Source: Octopus bimaculoides (lineage: Eukaryota). Taken from it: a stretch of 64,000 nt of DNA. The DNA lies in the NCBI RefSeq assembly GCF_001194135.2, contig NC_068985.1, positions 118,757,653 through 118,821,652 of the forward strand. Reading direction: 5' to 3'. A program made the translations under genes and the position numbers. Shown one piece after another: positions 1 through 12,904 of the stretch; positions within the stretch are counted from its first letter, which is position 1; every line of letters starts with the position of its first letter. Under the pieces are notes generated by a model that saw only the letters and a program-made list of their open reading frames with translations, was not told the origin of the DNA and ran no database searches.

Positions 1-644
1 ATATATATATATATACTCCTATTACACAGGGCTGGGTGGAATGAAGAGAAGATTCTCTCAAGTGCTCATTTTAACAAATGCACATTTTAACAATCTCTCA
101 CAAATACTCAAAGTTCATAGACCTATCCAGTCCATCACGGTAGCCTATATATATATGTGTGTGCGTGTGTGTGTGCATGTTTGTGCATATATATATATGT
201 ATAATGTGTATATATGATATATTTATAACATATTCTATATATATATATATAGGTTATGAGAGGTAATGGTGTCAAGAAGACCCAAATACTGAATAAGTGG
301 TATGGACAGACTATAGTTAAGCTCTTTATAAATGTTCTGAAATCTTTCACATCCTTGGATTTTTATCTCATTCTGTTAATTTTATATATATATAGCCATT
401 TTATTTTGACATGTTTTTGTCATTGTCCTAATTTTTATATATATATATATATATACATACATACATATATATGTGTGTGCATACATACAGGCACAAACAC
501 ACATGAATACAAACATATGTAAAAGAACAATAAGTTAATAAAATATGCAAGTATGAGAAAAATTTAATTTCAATCTGCCTCACTGACACCATCAACATGA
601 ATACAACTTCCAACATCACCACCACCACCACCACCACCACCACC

Positions 645-863
645 ACCACTTTGGCCATGAATGACCATGGGATTGCACCTAGAAAGTTACCCTCTGAGGC
701 ACAAGTCCAGGCAAGGTTGTTTATGGAAGACCAGCAGTCACCCATGCATACCAGCCTCCCCTTTCCACACCACCGATGTTATCCAAGGGAAAGGCAAAGG
801 CTGATACAGCTTGGTATCTGTGATGTCACAACTCATTTCTACAGCTGAGTGAACTGGAGCAAT
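645..863 (-). mobile_element. SINE family E copy cut by an N gap
   Basis: Highly similar by eye to 16735-17005. Confidence 0.85.
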
Positions 864-1395
864 NNNNNNNNNNNNNNNNNNNNNNNNNNNNNNNNNNNNN
901 NNNNNNNNNNNNNNNNNNNNNNNNNNNNNNNNNNNNNNNNNNNNNNNNNNNNNNNNNNNNNNNNNNNNNNNNNNNNNNNNNNNNNNNNNNNNNNNNNNNN
1001 NNNNNNNNNNNNNNNNNNNNNNNNNNNNNNNNNNNNNNNNNNNNNNNNNNNNNNNNNNNNNNNNNNNNNNNNNNNNNNNNNNNNNNNNNNNNNNNNNNNN
1101 NNNNNNNNNNNNNNNNNNNNNNNNNNNNNNNNNNNNNNNNNNNNNNNNNNNNNNNNNNNNNNNNNNNNNNNNNNNNNNNNNNNNNNNNNNNNNNNNNNNN
1201 NNNNNNNNNNNNNNNNNNNNNNNNNNNNNNNNNNNNNNNNNNNNNNNNNNNNNNNNNNNNNNNNNNNNNNNNNNNNNNNNNNNNNNNNNNNNNNNNNNNN
1301 NNNNNNNNNNNNNNNNNNNNNNNNNNNNNNNNNNNNNNNNNNNNNNNNNNNNNNNNNNNNNNTATATATATATATATATATATGTACATATATAT

Positions 1396-1450
<55 letters not shown>

Positions 1451-1959
1451 CACATATATATATGATGAAATGACAACCTTTCCAATGCTGGTGCCACAGT
1501 AAATGCATCCACTACAGCAGTACACTCTGTAAAATAGTTGGTGATAAGAAGAGCATTCAGCAACAGAAACCGAGTGAAAAGTGAAAAGAATGAATGAGAT
1601 GCAGTGTTCCAAACCAAACGTGAAAGCTTTAGTTCCCAATAAGATGTGGCTGGGATTGTGATCATTACCCGTCCAACCCATGCCAGCATGAAAAGTGTGC
1701 ATAAAATGATGATGATTGCATATATACTTGTATACATACATACATTTACACACACACACACATGCACACACATGCACACACACACACACATACATTTAAT
1801 TTACAATATGTGGATTGAAGTAATCCAATAGTACTTACAATATATAGTATGCTCACATGCTCTTAAGTTATAAAACAATTTGTTGTGATATTTGGATTTT
1901 CTTATTGTAAAATAAAATTTCATGAAAGTACTTTTCTGTCATTTATGACTTTATATATG

Positions 1960-1997
<38 letters not shown>

Positions 1998-2008
1998 TGT
2001 GTGTGTGT

Positions 2009-2373
2009 AAGTGCAGGCATAGCTGTGTGGTAAGAAGTTTGCTTTCCTACCACATGGTTCTGGGTTCAGTCCCATCATGTAGCACCTTGGGGAAGTATCT
2101 TGTGCTCTAGCCTCGTGCTGACCAAAGCCTTGTTAGTGGATTTGGTAGATGGAAACTGAAAGCAGTCTATCTATATGTATATATATGTGTATGTTTGTTT
2201 GTCCTCCACCACAAACTTGACAACTGGTGTTAGCCGGTTTATATCCCCATAACTTAGTGGTTCTCTAAGCTTATATAAAAAGATAAGTACTGGGGTCAAT
2301 TCTTCTGACTAAAATTCTTCAAGGCGATACCCCAGCATGGGCCACAGTCTGATGATAGAAACAAGTAAAAGAT
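2009..2373 (+). mobile_element. SINE family A (tRNA-like head, internal microsatellite, 3' body); representative copy
   Basis: Head gcaggcatagctgtgtggtaagaagtttgcttt...ggttcagtccc with A/B-box-like motifs. Other + copies lie near 4530, 7958, 8130-8550, 8745-9110, 15830-16185, 23690, 31242-31655, 48465-48872, 62186 and 62484-63032. Confidence 0.85.
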
Positions 2374-2389
2374 GCATGTAAAATACACC

Positions 2390-2630
2390 ATTTTGAGCAT
2401 GGCCTTTGCCAGTACCGCCTGACTGGCCCTTGTGCCAGTGGCACGTAAAAGCACCCACTACACTCTCGGAGTGGTTGACGTTAGGAAGGGCATCCAGCTG
2501 TAGAAACTCTGCCAAATCAGATTGGAGCCTGGTGTAGCCATCTGGTTCACCAGTCCTCAGTCAAATCATCAAACCCATGCTAGCATGGAAGGCGGATGTT
2601 AAACGATGATGATGATGATGATGATGATGA
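2390..2630 (+). mobile_element. SINE family C (RTE-type tail ending aacccatgctagcatggaa...gttaaac(gat)n); representative copy
   Basis: Contains gttaggaagggcatccagctgtagaaac. Other copies or tails lie near 1480-1720, 17790-18065, 28530-28775, 30130, 38845-39070(-), 41865-41990(-), 47190, 49710-49850(-), 51110-51237(-) and 62658-62710(-). Confidence 0.8.
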
Positions 2631-3069
2631 TATATATATATATATATATATACTAACTGAATAACCTGTCATAGCCGGGCAATTTTTACAATAGAATATC
2701 TTATATAAATTTTTGGTTATTCCATGCCAGACCATGCTTTCCCTGAGGATTTTTTTCCTTTTTAAATTATTTACATGTCTGCTTGACCATTTCGCATGAC
2801 TTTATTCATTAAAACTTATTAAAACTTCAGAAGTTCTTACAACTTTGGTCAACGTAATGCCTTTCTTTCATTTGTTTAATAAAAATTCCTCCTCGTAATG
2901 ATTTTGCTTTCATTTTGTGATAGATAGTTATCATGCAGAAAATGCTAGCTTACAAATTTCCTGATTATGTAAAATTGATTAAACTTTAAAGCTCAGTAAC
3001 ATTTTCCTACAATTTTTCTGGAACAAATAAATAACAAAATCGGATTAAACACGGAAAATTATTTCAATA

Positions 3070-3297
3070 CAGTAATTCCTCAACTATCGTGGGCATTACA
3101 TTCCCAAACCTCCCGTGATTGGTGAAAATCCGTGTAGTAGAAACAGTACTGTACTGTATATTTCTAAAATCATTTTTATAATTTGTATAGTTTTATTTTA
3201 TAATAAATGCAAAACACCACCACAGGAATCGACGTATGTTTAAATAATAAACTGCAATAGGTGAACTATGATAGGTGAATATGGCAAGGGGTTACTG
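3070..3297. mobile_element. Tigger/pogo-like MITE
   Basis: TA|CAGTAATTCCTCAACTAT...atggcaaggggttactg: imperfect CAGTAA-type TIRs. The right-hand TA is not intact. Confidence 0.5.
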
Positions 3298-4449
3298 GAT
3301 ACCAAATTTGAAAATTTTGATGTAATTTAAAAATTTTTACAATATGTGACAGCAACAAAGAAGACCCTACAAAAGTAGAGTGACTGACAATTATGGGACA
3401 TCAGACCNNNNNNNNNNNNNNNNNNNNNNNNNNNNNNNNNNNNNNNNNNNNNNNNNNNNNNNNNNNNNNNNNNNNNNNNNNNNNNNNNNNNNNNNNNNNN
3501 NNNNNNNNNNNNNNNNNNNNNNNNNNNNNNNNNNNNNNNNNNNNNNNNNNNNNNNNNNNNNNNNNNNNNNNNNNNNNNNNNNNNNNNNNNNNNNNNNNNN
3601 NNNNNNNNNNNNNNNNNNNNNNNNNNNNNNNNNNNNNNNNNNNNNNNTATATATATTCATATATATATATATATATATATTCATATATATATTCATATGC
3701 TGCTAACAGATCAATAGTATGAAGCCAAATTAGCATACAACATATTTGTCCAAAACAGTTTAGATCCAACTAGTTGCCTCAATCAATATTTATGTTTTCA
3801 GAATGTGAAACTCAGAATTTATGAATGGCTGAATGAATAAATTTCACATTTTGTTTAACTTATGCAAATTAGGTAGACCATAAATGCGTTCTACTATTTT
3901 CCTATATGTCTAATTCCCCTGGCTAAAGGAGATAACATAGGACAAGAAACATGTTTCCATAGCTATCCTCTTATCTCCAGGCAATGAGCTTATCATTGAC
4001 ATCATATCAACATTGGAAAATGTTTGATTCTTGATATTATCTCTCCTTCTCATGTGGAATGGGTCTTAATTTGCCATTTGGTAATTAGGACACTTTCTCT
4101 AGAGGCAGAGAAGATTTTAATAAATCAAGAATTTATATTGTTTGATGTTTTATATATCTGTATTTATCTATATGTGTGTGTGATGGTGTGTGTACTGAGG
4201 ATTAATTTTCTTTCATGTGTTCATATTATAAAGATTTTTATCTTCCTTATTTACAAATAAAGAGAAAGCCAAAAGCTGTTTTGTTGGTATATCCTATATA
4301 GTAAAAGTGTCATGAGTTGAAACTTAAAACAAGATTTAACCACCAGTTCGGTGTGGAATGATAGTCTAACACCTTGCCCAATGTAAAATATTATAATACC
4401 TACCAAATAATGCAAAGGTTGTAGGTAAATTATTTCTCTGTATGCCTCA

Positions 4450-4480
<31 letters not shown>

Positions 4481-4646
4481 TTTGGGTTGTTTCTGTAGAT
4501 TCAGTGTCACTGTCTTCAAGGGAGTGAGGTAAGAAATTTGCTTCCCAACCACATTGTGGCACATTGGGCAAGAGTCTTTTACTATAGCTTCAAGCCAACC
4601 AAAGCCTTGTAAGTGGATTTGGTAGATGGAAACTGAAAGAAACCTG

Positions 4647-4681
<35 letters not shown>

Positions 4682-5572
4682 NNNNNNNNNNNNNNNNNNN
4701 NNNNNNNNNNNNNNNNNNNNNNNNNNNNNNNNNNNNNNNNNNNNNNNNNNNNNNNNNNNNNNNNNNNNNNNNNNNNNNNNNNNNNNNNNNNNNNNNNNNN
4801 NNNNNNNNNNNNNNNNNNNNNNNNNNNNNNNNNNNNNNNNNNNNNNNNNNNNNNNNNNNNNNNNNNNNNNNNNNNNNNNNNNNNNNNNNNNNNNNNNNNN
4901 NNNNNNNNNNNNNNNNNNNNNNNNNNNNNNNNNNNNNNNNNNNNNNNNNNNNNNNNNNNNNNNNNNNNNNNNNNNNNNNNNNNNNNNNNNNNNNNNNNNN
5001 NNNNNNNNNNNNNNNNNNNNNNNNNNNNNNNNNNNNNNNNNNNNNNNNNNNNNNNNNNNNNNNNNNNNNNNNNNNNNNNNNNNNNNNNNNNNNNNNNNNN
5101 NNNNNNNNNNNNNNNNNNNNNNNNNNNNNNNNNNNNNNNNNNNNNNNNNNNNNNNNNNNNNNNNNNNNNNNNNNNNNNNNNNNNNNNNNNNNNNNNNNNN
5201 NNNNNTTAATACTTAAACTGGGTTTTTAACATTTCCTATTATTATTATCAAAGAATATATATATGTATTTTTATATATGTATTTTAATACTTAAACTGTT
5301 TTTCATATTTTCTTATTATTATCAGAGAATGTATATATGTATTTCAATACTTTTGTGACAACCTGTACTTAACACTACAAAGCTTATATAAAGCTTTATA
5401 TTTTACTTTTGACAATCTTTTTCTAAAAAAGTGAAACCGGTTAAGTGAATAAACATCTTTAAAAATGCATTTTCAAACCTTCTTTCATATATATTTCCAC
5501 TCGTGCGGTATCTTACAACTTTACTTTGTTATATATATATATATATAGTTTTAGCTTTCAAGATGAAACATC

Positions 5573-5605
<33 letters not shown>

Positions 5606-6242
5606 ATGTATCTCTTAAATTCTTTTCTGGTAATGTTAAAGGTATGCAAATAAAGCTCATATTTCATTATGCCAGCACTCATCTAATGATACTGACCAGT
5701 GAGTCAATTTTCTGAGGTTGCATCATGGTTATACCAATATAATGTCTCTCTCTCTCTCTCCTAAAAAAAAAAAGTGAAGGCACATGGCTTAGTGATTAGG
5801 GCATTTTGCACATGATCATAAGGTTGTGAGTTCAATTCCCGACGACACTGATATAATGTAGGATAACTATAACAGTATATATATAAAGTTGTAGTATATT
5901 GTCAACTTAATGTGATAATCCCAATAAGGGAACACACTACTGCCGTTTAGCCCTAGGAAGCTGGACCGCTTCCTGTCGGCCTTGACACAATTACTGTGTC
6001 CTTAAGTTTGCGAGGGGGAGACAAGCTCCTCCACCCAGCCTAGCCAGCAGTATTCTATTATAGTGCTTCTAGTAGTTAAAATTATGTCTATTTCTTCCCT
6101 AAAGTCAAGTGATTTGTGTAGTGATGTATTAAATATTTATAACTTCCATCTTAGAATTATTGTAATTATCATTATTATTATTANNNNNNNNNNTATATAT
6201 ATATGTACACGCACACACACAAGCAAGCACATATGCACAAAA

Positions 6243-6455
6243 CAAGGTGGAAAAAATAGTACTCAATTACCAAAGATAGAGTAATATGCTTTTTATTAAA
6301 GTCAAAAAAAATTCTTCACAAACTTTTACTCAAAGTTTCACATTGCTGTTTGTTGGACTGTTGTGGACATGCAATATGATTACAACTCTATGATGAATGG
6401 TAACATGAAACTCTGAGTAACAGTTTGTGAAGAATTTTTCAGCTTTAATAAAAAG
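6243..6455. repeat. Foldback element, copy 1 (inverted arms with hammerhead-like motifs)
   Basis: Arms ttttattaaagtc...ttcacaaacttttactcaaagtttcac / atgaaactctgagtaacagtttgtgaagaa...ctttaataaaa, preceded by the flank aaggtggaaaaaatagtactcaa shared with the other copies. Confidence 0.8.
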
Positions 6456-6475
6456 TATGTATGTATGTATGTATG

Positions 6476-6510
<35 letters not shown>

Positions 6511-7237
6511 NNNNNNNNNNNNNNNNNNNNNNNNNNNNNNNNNNNNNNNNNNNNNNNNNNNNNNNNNNNNNNNNNNNNNNNNNNNNNNNNNNNNNNNNNN
6601 NNNNNNNNNNNNNNNNNNNNNNNNNNNNNNNNNNNNNNNNNNNNNNNNNNNNNNNNNNNNNNNNNNNNNNNNNNNNNNNNNNNNNNNNNNNNNNNNNNNN
6701 NNNNNNNNNNNNNNNNNNNNNNNNNNNNNNNNNNNNNNNNNNNNNNNNNNNNNNNNNNNNNNNNNNNNNNNNNNNNNNNNNNNNNNNNNNNNNNNNNNNN
6801 NNNNNNNNNNNNNNNNNNNNNNNNNNNNNNNNNNNNNNNNNNNNNNNNNNNNNNNNNNNNNNNNNNNNNNNNNNNNNNNNNNNNNNNNNNNNNNNNNNNN
6901 NNNNNNNNNNNNNNNNNNNNNNNNNNNNNNNNNNNNNNNNNNNNNNNNNNNNNNNNNNNNNNNNNNNNNNNNNNNNNNNNNNNNNNNNNNNNNNNNNNNN
7001 NNNNNNNNNNNNNNNNNNNNNNNNNNNNNNNNNNNNNNNNNNNNNNNNNNNNNNNNNNNNNNNNNNNNNNNNNNNNNNNNNNNNNNNNNNNNNNNNNNNN
7101 NNNNNNNNNNNNNNNNNNNNNNNNNNNNNNNNNNNNNNNNNNNNNNNNNNNNNNNNNNNNNNNNNNNNNNNNNNNNNNNNNNNNNNNNNNNNNNNNNNNN
7201 NNNNNACGTATATATGCATATACTCATTTACTATTTG

Positions 7238-7273
<36 letters not shown>

Positions 7274-8129
7274 TATACACACATACATATATGTTTGTGT
7301 GTGTGTCTGTCTATAAATGATAAATGCCTTCATTATCTCTTTCCTTATCTCTCCTCTTTCACACAACTTTTGTTCCCAATAATATATGCAATAAAGGTGT
7401 ACAGGCATGAAGGCTGATGTTGTCGACAATTCTGTGTGTGTGTGTAAATGTATATACATGTGTGGGTGTTAGCATAATCTTTGCATATAGATGTGCATGC
7501 GTGTATGTTTTAGATGTACCTATCTTATTTCAGTTATAAATCAATGCCAGTCTTTCTATGTAGGTTTGTAGACAACAATACTTAACATTTCAAAAGACTT
7601 AATGTTACAAAAAAACTAAACAAAAGAATAATGTAAAAAAAAAAACATTAACAAAAAATAATGAATAAAAAAATCCAGACAAGATAAAAATTTATGAAAC
7701 AAAAGAGTCAAAAACATTTCCAAGTTTCTAGGATTAAAATCAATCATTCTATTTTGTTTGTTAAAATATCATTTGTTTATTTTATTTTACTTCACTATTT
7801 TTCAGTGTTTTCTATCTTTTGCACTCCCCTGCTTCCCTCCAATATCTCTAAATTATTGTTCAATGTAATAATGGTTTGTAGTTTCTGATTGATAACTTGT
7901 CTACCATTAACATTTTATTGCTATAAAACCAGTTTTATTTTCATTATTTATTTATAAGCATGGCTGTGTGGTTAGAAGTCTGCTTTGCAGTCACATAGTT
8001 CCAGTTTCAGTCCTACAGTTGGCTAGAAGTTTGCTTCTCACCCACAAGACATTGCAAAGGGCCATTCCTATTCTTTAAACAATGTATTCACTTGCTCAAA
8101 AAAAAAAAAAAATGATAATGTACAAACAT

Positions 8130-8314
8130 AGGTGCTGGCATGGCTGTGTAGTAAGAAGTTTGCTTCCTAATCACATGGTTCTGGGTTCAGTCTCACTGTG
8201 TGGAACCTTGGGCAAGTGTTTTCTAATATAGCCTTGGAAACTGGAAGAAGTCCCTCATATATATATATGCTTTAGTCAGTCCAATGTTATATTAGAAAAC
8301 AATTGCCCAAGGTT

Positions 8315-8350
<36 letters not shown>

Positions 8351-8550
8351 GTGTGTGTGTGCTTGTCCCCTGCAACTACTTGACAACTGATGTTGGTGTG
8401 TTTACATCCCTGTAACTAAGCAGTTCAACAAAGGAGAATTATAGAATAAGTACCAAGCTTATAAAACATAGGTAACAGTGTTGATTCATTCAGCTAAAAT
8501 TCTTCAAGGTGGTGCCCCTGCATGGCCACAGTCTAATGACTGAAATAAGT
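8130..8550 (+). mobile_element. SINE family A
   Basis: Head, internal (CA)n/(TG)n and 3' body homologous to 2009-2373. Confidence 0.8.
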
Positions 8551-10244
8551 GATGGGTAGATTTATATATTTATTATTTCTTGTTTTTTTTTTTGTTTTTT
8601 TTTTTGCAGAGGAGAGAATATTGTTATTGTTTAGTCTCAAATCAACAATGAACAAAGACATTACTACCATGACCATCCTGTCCTTTTTGCTTTGTGGTTA
8701 AAAAGCTTGTTTTACAACCATGTAATTCGAAGTTTAGTCTAATTGGATGGCACCTTGGGCAAGTGTCTTCCACTGGAGCTCCAAGCTGACCACTGCTTTG
8801 TGAGTGAGTTTGGTAGACAGAAACTATGGAAACCCATCATATGTGCATGTGTGTGTGTGTGCGTGTGTGCGTGTGTATGCATGTGTGTGTGTGTGCGTGT
8901 GTGTGCGTGTGTGTGTGTGTGTGCGCGCATGCGTGTGCATGTGTATGTCTGTTCCCCCTCTCCACCATTTGACAATCGGTGTTAGCTTGTTTACTTTCAT
9001 TTAACTTAGCAGTTTAGCAAAAGAGACTGACAGAATAAACACCTGATTTAAAAATGTAAGGACTGAGGGCAATGCTTTTGACTAAACACTTCCAATGACT
9101 GAAACGAAAGATGAAAGAAACAAAAGAAAGCATATCTACAACTATATTACTATTGATTGTAGTATCTCATCTTGAGTACAGTATGGTGTGAGATGAGAGA
9201 GATTTGGTTATCATTTCTAGTCAGCTGAACAACCATGTAGAAGTTCTCTAATTAGCTTATGCAGTAGAAGATAGAGATAAATTAATATATACAAGATCTT
9301 GAAAGCTAATTCTCTTCACAAAGATCTGCAAACCAGCACATTTATCCCCCCCATTATTTTTCAGTGTTTATCTCCATTTATTTGTAGTAGCAACACGTGG
9401 ATAAAAGATGTATGAAATCTTGCTGGATAACATACAGGTATATTGGTTTCAAATTTTGACACAAGGCCAGCAATTTTGGGGGAGGGTATAAATCGATTAC
9501 TTTGACCCCCATTACTCGAGTGCTACTTATTTTATTGACCCTGAAAAGCTAAATCGACTTCCGCAGAATTTGAACTCAGAACATAAAAACAGATGAAATT
9601 CAGCTAACGATTCTTCTAGCTCACTGCCTTATTATTCTGTTACATTGGCAAGTAGTTTGATCCAGTAGAGCAAATGATGAGAACACTGAAAACATGAAAA
9701 CACACATCAGTTTCACAGTGCTGCTACTACTTAAAGAAGTGAATTTTGCTTCACAGTGGTGATTACTTACAGCTAGATAGACTCAGCTCTAGTCTAATAG
9801 ATAGATAACTTTCTTGTCCAGGGACATATAGATAAATGTCTTTTTATCTATTAGATAACTGTCTTGTCCAGGGATGCATGCAGTAGTTGGGATAGAATGT
9901 GAGCCACCAATTCTGAGCTGTTTTTTTTTTTTTTCAATACTTCGATATTTTTGTGTTTTGAGTTGTTCAACTTAAAGTAAAGCTGACATAAAGATACTCA
10001 CCTACAACAGATAGCTAGGTCTTCAGCTGAATGTTAGCAGCTTCCCAGATTCCTAAATGCCAGTAATGCCAACTTCTAAGGGAGATTTTTCACTAAATCA
10101 CCAAATATGTATATTTGAATGTCATAAAGAAATCTATATGGGATTAAGTGATATTCAATTATTTTAACAACAACAACAACATTAAAATCAAGCTCTCTAA
10201 AAGTTTACTTTGTTTTATGTACAACAAACAGTTTCAACTAAGTC

Positions 10245-10460
10245 CTGGTGATTACAAATCTAATAAAGAAGAGATGGTTATACAGCAGTGAGCAAGGTGT
10301 GAACTTATTGATGTGGGATGCAGAGGGCTCACAAACCAGTCCCTCTGCAGAGTCTATGACAATGCTGGGCCTCAGAGGAGCCAGTAGATTAAAGACCATC
10401 AAGTTAGCTATAGAGGCAGTGGAGCTTGCTTTGGATCAGAAAGAGTGAGCCCTGGATGAG
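10245..10460 (+). mobile_element. HERO-like RLE retrotransposon C-terminal remnant
   Basis: Across a frameshift it reads LIDVGCRGLTNQSLCRVY / TMLGLRGASRLKTIKLAIEAVE, resembling the recalled HERO-clade end (PIEVGCRGFAGQSLCRA...LGIRGA). Confidence 0.5.
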
Positions 10461-12830
10461 ATAATGTTAACTGAACACAAGGTGTGTGTGTGTGTGCATG
10501 AGTGTGAGCGCACTCGCTTGTGTGTATGTGTGAGTGTGAGTATGTGTGTAGGTGTGTATGTGTGTCTGCATCTTTGTGTTCGTACTCCACCCCATATGAC
10601 AATTAGTATTGGTTTATGTTCTCATAACCTAGAAATTCAACAAAAAGCGTCTGATAGAATTAGTATCAAACTTATAAATAAGTACTGCCAGTCAATTTAT
10701 AGGACTAAACCTTTCAAGCTGGTGCTCCAGTATGATTGCAGTCTAATGAATGAAACAAGTAACAGAATGGAAAAAAAAAATACTAATTAAGAACTTGAAG
10801 AGAGTCTTGAAGGTATCAGTAAGTTGCCGACTGACAGAGACCCCTCTTGTTGATTCCTTAGGATTCTATATTTTACCCCTATTAACAACTCATTCCAGCA
10901 GACTCATGCAAGTTTTTAGTTATTTAACTTGATCTTAAATACAACACAATGACTGTAACAGTAAGGTTTGGTTGATGTCATAACCAATATAGTCGTTCAG
11001 TAGTCCAACACCTTAATCTTTTAGACAATTCCTTAAAGCAGTTTTATTCTATTATCTATTTATTCTAACAGTTGTTCCTAATGTGGACAAAAGGCTTAAA
11101 ATTTGACAGGAGTGACTTAATGGATTAAATCGATCCCAAACACATAAAAAGCAAAGTTAACCTTGACAGAATTTGAACTCAGAATGTTAAGAGCCAGAAG
11201 AAATACTGAAAGGCACCTGTCTGTGATGCTTTAACAATTTTGCCAATCTATGTTTTAGCTGGTCAATAAACAATTTTTTTGAAACTTGTTCATTTAAACC
11301 CTTCATAAATGATAACATCTGTAGAAGATTTCATCTTATCACCATTCTGGAAAAAATAATTTAGAGAAATTGTGTGTATCATAATGCAAAGGAGAAAGCT
11401 AAATGTGAAAATAGATTTTCACATTTATATATTAGTTATAACTAGAGGCCCTATAATACTGGTCGCTTGCAGTTTTCTTTTCCAGTCTGGAAAAAGTGAA
11501 TCAAACAGAGTTAAGTACCTTGTCTGTCTATTGTGTCTCATAAATTTTTCATAATCCCTTATTCAAACAGGCAGCTTTGAGATATATAATATGCTGCCTG
11601 CTGTGGTGTAAAGACATATATGACTAACAGATAGTGAAACTATCTGAATCTGGCATTTTTTATCTGTCTTTGTAAACATAAAAAAAAAGAAGTTTGATAA
11701 GAAAAGGTTCTCAAAAAAATCTTGTAAGAAAAACAATATGAAATAGAAGGCAGAGAGGGAGAAAAACAGTAATTAGAAAAGTAGAATGAAATGTATAAAG
11801 AGACTAGTGGGAGAAAGCATAAATTTGGTTAACAAATAATTCATTGAGACAATTTGTTGAGGTGGAAAGTTATTAAATATGGAAGATAGAATGAAATTAT
11901 AAGATCAAAGATGTAGTAGAACGATGGTATAAGGAAAAGAAAGAATGGTAATAACATAAAAAGTTATAATAGTTAAATGAATATGACATCAATTTTGGTA
12001 GAAAGAAAGTACAATTTGAGAGAGAAAGCTGTCTTTGTGAGTAAAAAAAAATGCTAAATGAAAAATAATTGGAAAATACATTTTTTTTCCCATTCAAGTT
12101 GATGTAGAAATAATAATTACTAACATAAATACAAGGCCAGAAATTTGAGGGGAGGTGGGTGATTGATTAAATCAATTCCAGTACTTGATTAGCGCTTTTA
12201 GTTTGGTGCCCCAAGAAGGATGAAAAGCAAAGTAGATTTCAGTCTGATTTGAAATCAGAATAACAGTTAGAACAAGGCATTTTGCCTGATGCTCCAATGA
12301 TTCTCCCAATACTGATTTCTGACAGAGACACAAGGCAACATTTTTTTAAAAATAAGATATACTCAATTATATCAAATGTGAAAGGATGAAACATAAATCA
12401 CCCTTGGTTAGGTTTGGAATCAGAATGTAAACTATTGTAACCAAATACCAAAATTGTATTTTGTCTGTCTGTCATCTTCACTACCAATTTTGCTATTTTA
12501 TGTTGACTTACATATAATAAAACAAATAAATATTTTGATGACTACTAAGCCCTGTGTTGAAAGGAATGAATGATCCCTTGTGAGTTAGCATTTAACCCTA
12601 CTTTTTTTTATATGAACTGACTAAATGATATGGAATGATGATGACAGTGCATCACAGGTAACACTACCAGGCGATCTGGTACCTATTCTAAAACAGCTAG
12701 GTGAATTAAGGTAATAAGCTAATGTGAAATAAAGTATTTTGGTCAGAAACATTACAGAACACCAATAGCAGATCTAAGCTTACAACTCATTCTTAATCTA
12801 CCAAGTCATCTCATTCTACTGACTACTATC

Positions 12831-12862
<32 letters not shown>

Positions 12863-12904
12863 AAAGTTACCTTTTTGAGTTTTACTAACTCATAAATCCA
12901 GTTT

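Noticed and set aside
597-848. Similar ORFs at 597-848 and 16739-16991 (MNDHGIAPRKLPSEAQV...) suggesting a duplicated gene
   Set aside because: Both are antisense translations of SINE-E copies.
2009-2080. tRNA genes at SINE heads (families A, B, D, E)
   Set aside because: A/B-box-like motifs are present, but acceptor and anticodon stems are not intact and each head continues into a SINE body.
4499-4528. 30-nt + strand micro-exon candidate (ttctgtag|...gag|gtaag)
   Set aside because: The donor is part of a SINE-A head (gtggtaagaag), and there is no supporting gene or homology.
5207-5345. Two ~75-bp AT-rich tandem units; also the 22-bp duplication at 9803/9853 and loose cacccaata repeats at 61880-62070
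   Set aside because: These are ordinary local slippage duplications in AT-rich DNA with no sign of function.
738-7417. Long ORFs in the track containing X runs or IY/CV/HT repeats (also at 14, 26-30, 40-42, 48 and 55 kb)
   Set aside because: They are open only because N gaps and dinucleotide microsatellites contain no stop codons.
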